Position numbers and translations under genes: made by a program
Shown here: positions 38,565 through 47,539 of the stretch, piece after piece
How positions within the stretch are numbered: position 1 is the first letter of the stretch
Layout: the number at the start of each line of letters is the position of its first letter
Source of the DNA: Bacteroidota bacterium
GTDB lineage: Bacteria; Bacteroidota; Bacteroidia; Chitinophagales; CAIODY01
NCBI GenBank assembly: GCA_039796635.1
Contig: JBDKJJ010000103.1
Coordinates: 1-47,823 of the forward strand
DNA length: 47,823 bases
Reading direction: 5' to 3'
Notes under the pieces: generated by a model
Database searches by the model: none
Told to the model about the DNA's origin: nothing
The model's input: only the letters and a program-made list of their open reading frames with translations

Positions 38565-39413
38565 ATGACTAACATTCAACTCTACAACAAAGTTTGTTTT
38601 GAAAATAGCAAAACGATTACAGAGCGCTACAGCACTTCGTTTTCGTCAGCCATTAAATTGTTGAGTAAAACAATGCATGACGCTATTTACGGCATTTATG
38701 GATTTGTTCGTTTGACTGATGAAATTGTTGACACTTTTCACGATTCAGATAAAAGCAGATTATTAGCTGAATTCAAAGTGGAAGCGTACAAGGCTATTGA
38801 GCAAAAGATTTCATTGAATCCTGTTTTGCATGCTTTCCAAATAACAGTAAATAAATACAATATTGAGCATCATTTGATTGAGTCATTTTTCAAAAGTATG
38901 GAAATGGATTTACACAAAACGCAATATCAAACTGTGGAGGAATACAATGAATATATTTATGGAAGCGCTGAGGTTGTTGGGCTGATGTGTTTAAATATTT
39001 TTTGCGATGGAGATAAAAGGAAATATGATGAATTGAAGTCTTCTGCAAAGGCTTTGGGTGCTGCATTTCAGAAGATTAATTTCTTAAGAGATGTAAAAGA
39101 CGATTTCAGTCAATTGAACAGAACTTACTTTCCGAATGTTAACTTTAATGAATTAAATGATGAAGTAAAGGCGCAAATTGTAGAAGATATTGAAAAGGAT
39201 TTTCAGGCAGGTTTAGTAGGAATAAAACATTTGCCAATTGGAAGTAGATTTGGTGTTTATGTAGCTTACAAATATTATTATTCATTGTTCAATAAAATCA
39301 AACGCTTGCCAACTCAAGTGATAACACAACAAAGAGTTCGTGTGCCTGATTTTGACAAATTGTTGATTGTGTTCAAATCCTATTTTAGATATAAATTGCA
39401 ATTAATTGCATAA
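38565..39413 (+). CDS. crtB: Phytoene synthase
   Basis: SF..A...L........IYG.Y.F.R..DEIVD and Y..GSAEVVGLM...F motifs of the squalene/phytoene synthase family. Confidence 0.9.
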   Translation: MTNIQLYNKVCFENSKTITERYSTSFSSAIKLLSKTMHDAIYGIYGFVRLTDEIVDTFHDSDKSRLLAEFKVEAYKAIEQKISLNPVLHAFQITVNKYNIEHHLIESFFKSMEMDLHKTQYQTVEEYNEYIYGSAEVVGLMCLNIFCDGDKRKYDELKSSAKALGAAFQKINFLRDVKDDFSQLNRTYFPNVNFNELNDEVKAQIVEDIEKDFQAGLVGIKHLPIGSRFGVYVAYKYYYSLFNKIKRLPTQVITQQRVRVPDFDKLLIVFKSYFRYKLQLIA

Positions 39414-39423
39414 CACTAATTAT

Positions 39424-39468
39424 CCTTCTACTAGCTCAAGATGACTGTCATGGTGAGCTTGTCGAACC
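39424..39468. repeat. Imperfect 22-nt inverted repeat (hairpin element) in the crtB-idi spacer
   Basis: CCTTCTACTAGCTCAAGATGAC-T-GTCATGGTGAGCTTGTCGAACC. It resembles a palindromic intergenic element class (..GACAAGCTCA..ATGAC..) that I recall from Bacteroidota genomes. Confidence 0.5.
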
Positions 39469-39505
39469 ATTAAAAAACGAGTGAAGGAATTAAAAATAAA
39501 AAACC

Positions 39506-40012
39506 GTGGAAGTAATACTAGTAAACGAAAATGATGAACAAATTGGTACGATGGAAAAAATGCAAGCCCACGTTGAAGGAAAATTACACAGGGCATTTTC
39601 TGTCTTTATTTTAAATGAAGAAAATAAAATGCTTCTTCAAAAGAGAGCATCAGGTAAATATCATAGCGCTAACCTTTGGACGAATGCTTGTTGCAGTCAT
39701 CCTATGCCAGATGAAAAAATTTTGGATGCAGCTAATCGTAGAGTGAAAGAAGAATTAGGGATTCAAATAAAAAATTTTGAAAACCTTTTTTCATTTCAAT
39801 ATAAAACAGAGTTAGAAAATAATTTAATAGAACATGAATTGGATTATGTATTGTGGGCTGTAAGTGATGAAAAAGCAAATTTGAACTTGGAAGAAGCAAG
39901 CGAAGTAAATTATTTTTCAAAAGAAGAAATTAAAAAATGGTTGGCTTCAAACCCTGAACAGTTCACGGTTTGGTTTAAATTGATTTTCCCTAAAATTGAA
40001 AACTTGTTTTAA
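39506..40012 (+). CDS. idi: Isopentenyl-diphosphate delta-isomerase, type 1 (Nudix)
   Basis: LHRAFSVF..N......LLQKRA..K.....LWTN.CCSHP and E.E motifs. GTG start. Confidence 0.9.
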   Translation: MEVILVNENDEQIGTMEKMQAHVEGKLHRAFSVFILNEENKMLLQKRASGKYHSANLWTNACCSHPMPDEKILDAANRRVKEELGIQIKNFENLFSFQYKTELENNLIEHELDYVLWAVSDEKANLNLEEASEVNYFSKEEIKKWLASNPEQFTVWFKLIFPKIENLF

Positions 40013-40015
40013 ATA

Positions 40016-40483
40016 ATGCTGATAAATATTTTGGTTTTTTTAGTGACATTTTTGTTGATGGAGTTTGCGGCTTGGAGTGCTCATAAATTTTTGATGCACG
40101 GCTTACTTTGGTATTTACATGCTGACCATCATAAGAAAGATGAAGAAGGTTTTTTTGAAAAAAATGATGCCTTCTTTTTAATTTTTTCTATTCCGAGTTT
40201 CTTGTGTTTTTTATTTGGAGCATTGAATCAAAATTCAATTTTAGTAAGTATAGGAATTGGAATTGCAGCTTATGGATTGTGCTATTTTTTGGTGCATGAT
40301 ATTTTTATTCATCAACGATTTAAAATTTTAAGAAATAGCAATAATCGTTATTTAAGAGCAGTGAGAAGAGCTCATAAAATGCATCATAAGCACCTAGGAA
40401 AATTTCATGGAGAATGTTTTGGAATGCTTTTGTTTCCAATAAAATTTTGGGATGAAGCTGGTGGTAAAAGAAAAATCATGTAA
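40016..40483 (+). CDS. crtZ: Beta-carotene 3-hydroxylase
   Basis: 155 aa. Histidine boxes HKFLMH, HADHH, HDIFIHQR and HKMHHKH. Confidence 0.85.
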   Translation: MLINILVFLVTFLLMEFAAWSAHKFLMHGLLWYLHADHHKKDEEGFFEKNDAFFLIFSIPSFLCFLFGALNQNSILVSIGIGIAAYGLCYFLVHDIFIHQRFKILRNSNNRYLRAVRRAHKMHHKHLGKFHGECFGMLLFPIKFWDEAGGKRKIM

Positions 40484-41172
40484 TGGATTTTCCTGAAAAA
40501 TATTACTACCTCATCATTGATTTAGCATCATTTGCTTTTCCATTTTTATTTTCATTTCATCCAAAAATAAAATTTTATAAAGAATGGAAATCCTATTTGC
40601 CTATACTTTTTATTACTGCTTTGCTTTTTATCATTTGGGATGAATGGTTTGCCAGAATGCACATTTGGGCTTTCAATCCCAAATTTTTAGTTGGAATTTA
40701 TTTTGGAAAATTGCCTTTAGAAGAAATTTTATTCTTTCTATTTATTCCTTACTGCTTGAGTTTTATGCATCATTGTTTGCCTTTAGGGTTCAATATTTCA
40801 AATGAAAAATTCAACTTCAAATTGCTGAATGTAATTATTGGAATAGTAATTCTAATAGTCGGAATCATCAGTATTCACAAGTGGTACACAGGTTTTACTT
40901 TTTTATTTACTGGACTTTTTTTGATTCTAATTTCATTTCAACAAAAAATAAAAATCAACTGGTTACAATTTTGGGTAACTTATTTATTAGGACTAATTCC
41001 TTTCTTTATTGTGAATGGCTTACTTACTTCAATTCCGATTGTTACTTATAATGATGCTGAAAATTTAGGTATTCGATTAACCACAATTCCAATTGAAGAT
41101 TGCGTTTATAATTTGTTGTTATTTGCTGGAAATATTTTTGGAAGGAATGGGTTGAAAAAAATTACTTCATAA
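40483..41172 (+). CDS. Lycopene cyclase domain protein (fused CrtYc/CrtYd type)
   Basis: 229 aa, polytopic. It carries the PLEE..FF motif of the lycopene_cyc domain and its start overlaps the crtZ stop. Confidence 0.75.
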   Translation: MDFPEKYYYLIIDLASFAFPFLFSFHPKIKFYKEWKSYLPILFITALLFIIWDEWFARMHIWAFNPKFLVGIYFGKLPLEEILFFLFIPYCLSFMHHCLPLGFNISNEKFNFKLLNVIIGIVILIVGIISIHKWYTGFTFLFTGLFLILISFQQKIKINWLQFWVTYLLGLIPFFIVNGLLTSIPIVTYNDAENLGIRLTTIPIEDCVYNLLLFAGNIFGRNGLKKITS

Positions 41173-41205
41173 AAAAAGCGATTAGAAATATCTAATCGCT
41201 TTTTT
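41173..41205. terminator. Bidirectional terminator hairpin between convergent genes
   Basis: Stem GCGATTAG / CTAATCGC flanked by an A-run and a T-run. Confidence 0.6.
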
Positions 41206-41221
41206 ATGTTTATGCCTAATT

Positions 41222-41734
41222 TTAGTTAGCATAAATATTTAAATTTTCTTGAAGCTCTTTTCGGGCAATAAAAATTCTGCTTTTTACAGTTCCTAAAGGC
41301 AAAGCTAATTCTTCCGCAATTTCTTGATATTTAAACCCTTCAAAATGCATCATAAATGGCATTTTCACATCTGGCTTCAATCCATCAATAGCATTTGAAA
41401 TATCCTTCATCATCATATTATTTTCTCCTTGGTTACGAATAGTAATTGGTGTTGAATTTATTAAAAATTGATTATCGCTTGAATCAATAAAAGTATTTTG
41501 TTTAACTTTTCTTCTATAATTGTTGATAAAAATATTTCGCATAATAGTATAAAGCCAAGCCTTAATATTAGTTCCTTCTGAAAATTTATCCTTGTACTTT
41601 AATGCTTTGAAAATGGTTTCTTGTACCAAGTCTTTAGCATCATCCATGTCTTTTGTAAGTGAATATGCAAACGGACGCATAGCCGATGATATTTTAATTA
41701 TATCTTGCTGAAAGTTGTTTATAGTTGCTATCAT
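41222..41734 (-). CDS. ECF-subfamily RNA polymerase sigma-70 factor
   Basis: 170 aa. Region 2 (DAKDLVQETIFKA...F......KAWLYTI.RN.FIN.YRR) and region 4 (F.......G..YQEIAE.L..PLGTVKSR...AR..L). Confidence 0.85.
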   Translation of the reverse strand: MIATINNFQQDIIKISSAMRPFAYSLTKDMDDAKDLVQETIFKALKYKDKFSEGTNIKAWLYTIMRNIFINNYRRKVKQNTFIDSSDNQFLINSTPITIRNQGENNMMMKDISNAIDGLKPDVKMPFMMHFEGFKYQEIAEELALPLGTVKSRIFIARKELQENLNIYAN

Positions 41735-41755
41735 TTTGTTTAATATTTAATGGCG

Positions 41756-41763
41756 CAAAGTTA
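41756..41763 (-). promoter_or_regulatory. Candidate -7 box (TAACTTTG) for the ECF sigma gene
   Basis: Exact TAnnTTTG on the minus strand, 21 nt upstream of the ATG at 41734. Confidence 0.4.
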
Positions 41764-41853
41764 AACAATAAATAGTTGTATAAACAAATATTTATTCTAT
41801 ATTTTCAGTAAAAAATTTTTAAACTTTTTTTAATTTGTATTGTTTAGCCATGA

Positions 41854-42747
41854 GTGAATAAAGTAAATACCATAAAATATTCAATAAGTGAACTATCACG
41901 ATTAAGTGGAATAAAGCCTCATACAATCCGTGTGTGGGAGCAGCGTTATGGTTTACTAAAGCCGAAACGAACTGACACAAAAATCAGATTTTACACGGAT
42001 GATGATTTGAAGCAACTAATGAACATTTCATTATTGAATAGAAATGGTGTGAAGATTTCAAAAATTGCTTGTTTATGTAAAAATGGTTTGAAGGATAAAG
42101 TAAATGAGATTGAAACTACTTGTTGTACGCATCAAATCATTGTTGACCAATTGGCTAAAAGCATGGTATCATTTGATGAACAAGGATTTGAAAAAATTAT
42201 CAATTCAGCAATTTTAAAGCATGGTTTTAAAGAAGTAATGCTTGAAATTATTTATCCTTTTTTAGAAAAAATTGGTTTGCTTTGGATGACTGGCAATATC
42301 AATCCAGCTCAGGAACATTTTATTTCAAACCTTATCCGCCAAAAAATAATCGTAGCCATTGATGGTCAGGTGTGTGAATACACAGCTAAATCAAAAAAGA
42401 TTTTGATGTATTTACCTCAGCATGAATTACATGAATTATCGTTATTGTTTTTTGCTTACCATCTTAAAATTCATCATCATCGTATTATCTATTTAGGTGC
42501 TAATGTACCACATGTTGATATTCAGCCCGTAATTGATGTATATGAACCTGATTACATTTTAACTGTTTTAACATCTTCACTCCATATTAAGAATAGCTGC
42601 CAACATATTAGCACAATTGCTAAAAATAATTTGGGAATAAAAATAAAAGTAGCAGGTGTTCAATCTTTCCATTTGGCTAAAAGCCCATTGAAAAATATTC
42701 AATGTTTTAAATCATTGAAAGAAGTAATGTGCTTTGATGGTAATTAG
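41854..42747 (+). CDS. MerR-family regulator with a C-terminal cobalamin-binding domain (CarH/LitR-type light-responsive repressor)
   Basis: MerR HTH (YSISELSRLSGIKPHTIRVWEQRYGLL.P.RT....R.Y...DL). W-x9-E-H (WMTGNINPAQEH) and an E-x-H-x-x-(G/S) B12 lower-ligand motif (ELHELS). GTG start. Confidence 0.8.
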   Translation: MNKVNTIKYSISELSRLSGIKPHTIRVWEQRYGLLKPKRTDTKIRFYTDDDLKQLMNISLLNRNGVKISKIACLCKNGLKDKVNEIETTCCTHQIIVDQLAKSMVSFDEQGFEKIINSAILKHGFKEVMLEIIYPFLEKIGLLWMTGNINPAQEHFISNLIRQKIIVAIDGQVCEYTAKSKKILMYLPQHELHELSLLFFAYHLKIHHHRIIYLGANVPHVDIQPVIDVYEPDYILTVLTSSLHIKNSCQHISTIAKNNLGIKIKVAGVQSFHLAKSPLKNIQCFKSLKEVMCFDGN

Positions 42748-42750
42748 TAT

Positions 42751-44994
42751 TTAATATTCCTCCCCATTGTAATCATCGCCGCTATTGCTTCCGCCGCCGC
42801 CACTTTTGGTTCCACCACCTTCAGATGTTGGTTTGGTTGAAACGCCGCCTTTGTAATTACTACAATCCATTTCAATTGTTAGCTCATGTTCGGGTTCAGG
42901 AAATGATGCATCAGGATCTAACTTTAATGATTTATCAGCATAAGCTTTTTTAAAGAAGTTGCCCCAAATTGGCAAAGCTGATGAAGCACCTTGACCATAA
43001 GCCATACTATAAAAATGCAAAAATGGATCATCGCATCCAACCCAAACACCACCAATCAATTCAGGCGTCATACCCATAAACCATGCATCTGTGTGGCCAT
43101 TTGTGGTGCCTGTTTTACCAGCTAAAGCACAAGTAAGTCCGTAACTATTTAACCTCATAGCCGTACCTCTTTGCACAACACCTTGCAACATTTTGCTCAT
43201 CACAAAAGCAGTTTGATCGCTGATTACTTCAGTTTGTTGAGGTACAAATTCTTTTATCACATTACCATATTTATCTTCAATTCGGGTAATGTAAATTGGT
43301 TTTGACGTAAAACCTTTATTGGCAAAAGTGCTATAAGCACCTACCATTTCAAATACCGAAATATCAGGTGTTCCTAAGCAAATACTTGGAAAAGGATCAA
43401 TGTTTGACGATATTCCCATTTTATGAGCCATTTCAACAACAGGCCTTGGACCAATTTGTTTCATTAAATAAGCTGTTATACAATTTGTTGATCGTGCTAA
43501 GCCAGTCATCAAAGTTTGGCTACCACCATATTTTCCATCTGAATTTTTGGGTGTCCAATTATTATAAGCTGTAAAAACAACCTGCTGATTGGGTACTGAC
43601 ATACAAGGTGACCAACCGTTATCAATAGCAACAGTGTACACAAACGGTTTGAAGGTTGAGCCAATTTGCCTTTTGGTATTAATATTTACATGGTCAAGCT
43701 GAAAATATTTATGGTTGATACCACCAACCCATGCTCTTATTTCACCAGTTTTAGCATCCATCACCATGAATCCTGTTTGTAAAAATATTCGATGGTAAAT
43801 AATTGAATCCCACGGACTCATAATTGTATCACGTTCACCAGCCCAAGTAAACACTTTCATTTTAATGTGGCGTTGAAAATCTGATTTGATTTCTGCTTCT
43901 GATAACCCTTGTTCTTTCAAAGCTCTGTATCTATCACTTGATTTTAAAGCTACCATAAATTCACGTTCATGGCCTTCAAATGGATCTTTGTTTCGGAATT
44001 GTGCAGTAAATAATTTTTGATGTTCACTTAAATGCTTGGTTACTGCTTCTTCAGCATATTTCTGCATTTTACTATTAAGGGTAGTATATACTTTAAGTCC
44101 ATCTTTGTAGATATCATAATAACTACCATCTGATTTTGGATTTTCTTTAATCCATTTTTGCAAATCTAACCTTAAATATTCTCTGAAATAAGTGGCTAAG
44201 CCTTCATTATGGGTTGATTTGTTATATTTAAGGTTAATGGGTTTTTCTTTTAATTTATCATAATCAGTTTGTTTCAAGTAATTGTACTTCAACATTTGTT
44301 GTAATACAGTATTTCTTCTATTTAAAGCATAATCCATATGTGTTCTCGGATTATATTTTGAAGGCGATTTTAACATTCCAATTAACACAGCCGCTTCTTC
44401 AACTTTTAATGAATCAACGGGCTTACTGAAAAATGTTTGAGCTGCTGTTTTAATGCCATACGCATTTTCACTGAACGAAACAGTATTTAAATACAAACTT
44501 AGAATTTCAATTTTTGTATATTTTCGTTCTAACCTAATGGCTATAATCCATTCTCTTAGTTTATCAAATGGTAATAACCATTTGCTTTTTGATCGTTTGA
44601 ATAAATTTTTTGCTAATTGCTGAGTTAGGGTACTTGCTCCACCATCGCTTCCCAAACCTTTTGCAGCCCTGAATAAGGCAATCACGTCAATACCGCTATG
44701 TTCTTCAAAACGTTCATCTTCAGTTGCTTTTAATGCATTTTTTATATTGTCGTTTAGTTCATTTAATGAAGCAGTTGTACGGTTTTCATCTAGATAATAT
44801 CTGCCCAATGTAAACCCATCAGTCGAAATTACTTCGGTAGCTAATGCACTTTTAGGATTTTCTATTTCTTGCCAATCAGGCATTTTACCGAATAAACCTA
44901 AACTTACCAATAATATGATGAATGCAAAAAGGGCAATAGCTCCTAAATAACTAAACCAGAAGTACTTAATGTATTTTTTAATATCTGAATTCAT
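42751..44994 (-). CDS. mrcA: Penicillin-binding protein 1A (bifunctional glycosyltransferase/transpeptidase)
   Basis: GT51 motifs (EDERFEEHSGID, GASTLTQQLAKN, RKYTK.EILS.YLN). Transpeptidase motifs STFKP, SxN (SRN) and KTGTT. Gly-rich C-terminal tail. Confidence 0.9.
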   Translation of the reverse strand: MNSDIKKYIKYFWFSYLGAIALFAFIILLVSLGLFGKMPDWQEIENPKSALATEVISTDGFTLGRYYLDENRTTASLNELNDNIKNALKATEDERFEEHSGIDVIALFRAAKGLGSDGGASTLTQQLAKNLFKRSKSKWLLPFDKLREWIIAIRLERKYTKIEILSLYLNTVSFSENAYGIKTAAQTFFSKPVDSLKVEEAAVLIGMLKSPSKYNPRTHMDYALNRRNTVLQQMLKYNYLKQTDYDKLKEKPINLKYNKSTHNEGLATYFREYLRLDLQKWIKENPKSDGSYYDIYKDGLKVYTTLNSKMQKYAEEAVTKHLSEHQKLFTAQFRNKDPFEGHEREFMVALKSSDRYRALKEQGLSEAEIKSDFQRHIKMKVFTWAGERDTIMSPWDSIIYHRIFLQTGFMVMDAKTGEIRAWVGGINHKYFQLDHVNINTKRQIGSTFKPFVYTVAIDNGWSPCMSVPNQQVVFTAYNNWTPKNSDGKYGGSQTLMTGLARSTNCITAYLMKQIGPRPVVEMAHKMGISSNIDPFPSICLGTPDISVFEMVGAYSTFANKGFTSKPIYITRIEDKYGNVIKEFVPQQTEVISDQTAFVMSKMLQGVVQRGTAMRLNSYGLTCALAGKTGTTNGHTDAWFMGMTPELIGGVWVGCDDPFLHFYSMAYGQGASSALPIWGNFFKKAYADKSLKLDPDASFPEPEHELTIEMDCSNYKGGVSTKPTSEGGGTKSGGGGSNSGDDYNGEEY

Positions 44995-45113
44995 CTAAAT
45001 GATTTAACGATGCAAATGTAATTTTCTTTTAATAGGGTTATCAAATTATAGCAAAATTACTTTTTACCTATCTCAATAAAAGTGTACTAATTTTTCATCT
45101 AAAAATTACCACA

Positions 45114-45794
45114 TCAATGCTTTAATCTATTTTTAAAAACCTTTTCAAATTTGTCTTTTTTAGGTTTTATTACATAGGCACAATAAGCCTGATCAGAATT
45201 TAGATTGAAATAGTTTTGATGATAATCTTCAGCAGGATAAAATTTTGAAAACGCTGAAACCTCAGTTACAATAGGATGTTCATAGGCTTTTTCAGCATTT
45301 AATTCAGCAATTATTTTTAAAGATTCACTTTTTTGAAATTCATTATGATAAAAAATAGCTGACCTATATTGCGTTCCTACATCGTTTCCTTGTTGGTTCA
45401 ATTGAGTAGGATCATGAGTTACAAAAAATGCTTTCAACAATTCAGCAAACGAAATTTTTGTTGAATCAAAATAAACCTGACATACTTCAGCATGACCTGT
45501 TGTGCCAGTACACACATCTTTATAAGTTGGGTTTTCAACTTGACCGCCACTATAACCTGAAATTACGGTATCAACGCCTTGCAATTGCATTAATTGTGTT
45601 TCAACACACCAAAAACACCCTGCGCCAAAAGTGGCTATTGATAAGTGTTTATCGGCGGCGTACTGTTGCATTTTATCCATTTTAGTTGATATTGGTTTTG
45701 AGTGATGATTATTACTTTGAGCACAAGCTTTTAAAAAAAATATGCTTGACAAAAGTACACAACCTAATGTTATTGATTTAAAACTGTACATCAT
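45114..45794 (-). CDS. msrA: Peptide-methionine (S)-S-oxide reductase with an N-terminal signal/lipoprotein peptide
   Basis: The GCFWC active-site motif is in ATFGAGCFWCVE. Also GYSGG....PTY..VC.G.TGH.E and YHQNY. Confidence 0.9.
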   Translation of the reverse strand: MMYSFKSITLGCVLLSSIFFLKACAQSNNHHSKPISTKMDKMQQYAADKHLSIATFGAGCFWCVETQLMQLQGVDTVISGYSGGQVENPTYKDVCTGTTGHAEVCQVYFDSTKISFAELLKAFFVTHDPTQLNQQGNDVGTQYRSAIFYHNEFQKSESLKIIAELNAEKAYEHPIVTEVSAFSKFYPAEDYHQNYFNLNSDQAYCAYVIKPKKDKFEKVFKNRLKH

Positions 45795-45878
45795 TTTTAA
45801 TTATTTAAACAACATAAACGTAAAAGCAAATGAAATGGTTTTTATCTTTACTTTTTATTAATTGCAAAAAATACAATT

Positions 45879-46832
45879 ATGATTAACTCTATACCAGTTG
45901 TAAATCTTGCTGATTTTTTATCAGGCAACGATTCAGAAAGAAAAAAATTTGTTGCTGATTTAGGAAAAGCTTATAGCGAAATTGGATTTGTGGCTGTTGT
46001 TAATCATGGCATCAGCAACAATACTATTAGCAAATTATATGAAGAAGCTAAGCGATTTTTCTCAATGCCTGATGATAAAAAACAACAATATGAAATTGAA
46101 GGATTGGCCGGGCAAAGGGGCTACACTTCATTTGGTAAAGAAAAAGCAAAACAAAGTATTGTGGCTGATTTGAAAGAATTTTATCAATTCGGGCAAACCG
46201 TTCAAGATGGTGATGCTATTAAAAGCGAATATCCTGACAATGTAAATGATAGTGATTTAGAACAAATGAATAAAGCTTTTTTTGAGGCTTATAGGGCTTT
46301 TGAAAAAAGTGGAAGTGCTTTATTAAAAGCTATTGCATTATTTTTAGGATTAGATGAAAATTATTTTGAACCACACATTCATAATGGCAATAGCATTTTA
46401 CGAGCTATTCATTATCCGCCAATAACTAATGAGCCTGCAAGTGCCATCAGAGCTGAGCAACATGAAGATATTAATTTAATAACTTTATTAGTAGGTGCAT
46501 CAGCTGATGGATTAGAAGTGTTAAGGCATGATGGACAATGGTTGGCAGTTCGCTCATCACCTGATCAAATTGTGGTTAATGTAGGCGATATGTTGCAACG
46601 ATTAACTAATAATAGATTACGCAGTACTACACATCGTGTAGTAAATCCGCCTCGTGAATTATGGCATACATCACGTTTTTCAATGCCGTTCTTTTTGCAC
46701 CCACGAAGCGATATGCGATTAGATTGTTTGGCTTCATGCATCACTGATGATAACAAAATTCAATACGAACCTATCTCAGCTGGCGAATATTTAGACGAAA
46801 GATTAATTGAAATAGGATTGAAGAAAAAATAA
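45879..46832 (+). CDS. 2-oxoglutarate/Fe(II)-dependent oxygenase (isopenicillin N synthase-like family)
   Basis: N-terminal IPVVNL.DF pattern. H-x-D facial triad (EQHEDINLITLL), a distal H (STTHRV) and RxS (RFS). Confidence 0.8.
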   Translation: MINSIPVVNLADFLSGNDSERKKFVADLGKAYSEIGFVAVVNHGISNNTISKLYEEAKRFFSMPDDKKQQYEIEGLAGQRGYTSFGKEKAKQSIVADLKEFYQFGQTVQDGDAIKSEYPDNVNDSDLEQMNKAFFEAYRAFEKSGSALLKAIALFLGLDENYFEPHIHNGNSILRAIHYPPITNEPASAIRAEQHEDINLITLLVGASADGLEVLRHDGQWLAVRSSPDQIVVNVGDMLQRLTNNRLRSTTHRVVNPPRELWHTSRFSMPFFLHPRSDMRLDCLASCITDDNKIQYEPISAGEYLDERLIEIGLKKK

Positions 46833-46834
46833 AA

Positions 46835-47539
46835 ATGGGAAAACACAAACTGAAAAGATTTGCTGAGTTAGAAACATTTAAAAATGTGATGCAATTTGGG
46901 TTAACCAACAAAATCAATTTTACTCACAAAGGAAAATGGGCTACTGATTATTTTAAAAACCACAACCCTATTGTACTTGAGTTGGCTTGTGGTAAAGGCG
47001 AATACGCTTTAGGGTTAGCGCAAATCAATCCAAACAAAAATTATATTGGTATTGATATGAAAGGCAATAGAATTTGGAAAGGTGCTAAAACAGCTATTGA
47101 ACAAAACATGAATCATGTTGCTTTTTTAAGAACATATATTGAATGGTTGCATGAATTTTTTGCCGAAGGCGAAGTAGAAGAAATTTGGATAACCTTCAGT
47201 GACCCTTTTTTATCAACTACTAAAGCACAAAAAAGGCTTACCTCACCTCGGTATCTTGAAATTTATTCAAAAATATTAAAACCAGGCTCTACCATTAATT
47301 TGAAAACTGATGATGATACTTTGTTTCAATACACATTAGATGTTTTAGAAGGAAAAGAAGCTATTGAAAAATACCCTTGCGATGTAAGCAGATTTAAATT
47401 GCAAGAAAGCAGAAATGATATATATAACGATGGAAAAGCCGTAAATGAAGCTTTGCAAATAAAAACTTACTATGAACAAAAACATTTGCAAATAGGCAAA
47501 AAAATAAAGTATGTAAAAATGCAATTTCAACCATCATGA
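46835..47539 (+). CDS. trmB: tRNA (guanine-N7)-methyltransferase
   Basis: LELACGKGEY...A...P..N.IGID.KG.R.......A and I.FSDPF SAM-MTase motifs of TrmB. Confidence 0.9.
   Translation: MGKHKLKRFAELETFKNVMQFGLTNKINFTHKGKWATDYFKNHNPIVLELACGKGEYALGLAQINPNKNYIGIDMKGNRIWKGAKTAIEQNMNHVAFLRTYIEWLHEFFAEGEVEEIWITFSDPFLSTTKAQKRLTSPRYLEIYSKILKPGSTINLKTDDDTLFQYTLDVLEGKEAIEKYPCDVSRFKLQESRNDIYNDGKAVNEALQIKTYYEQKHLQIGKKIKYVKMQFQPS

Noticed and set aside
42751-42840. Gly/Ser-rich C-terminal tail of PBP1A (GGGTKSGGGGSNSGDDYNGEEY) as a separate feature
   Set aside because: It is a low-complexity tail continuous with the PBP1A frame, with no independent signal. Such disordered tails are likely common in class A PBPs.
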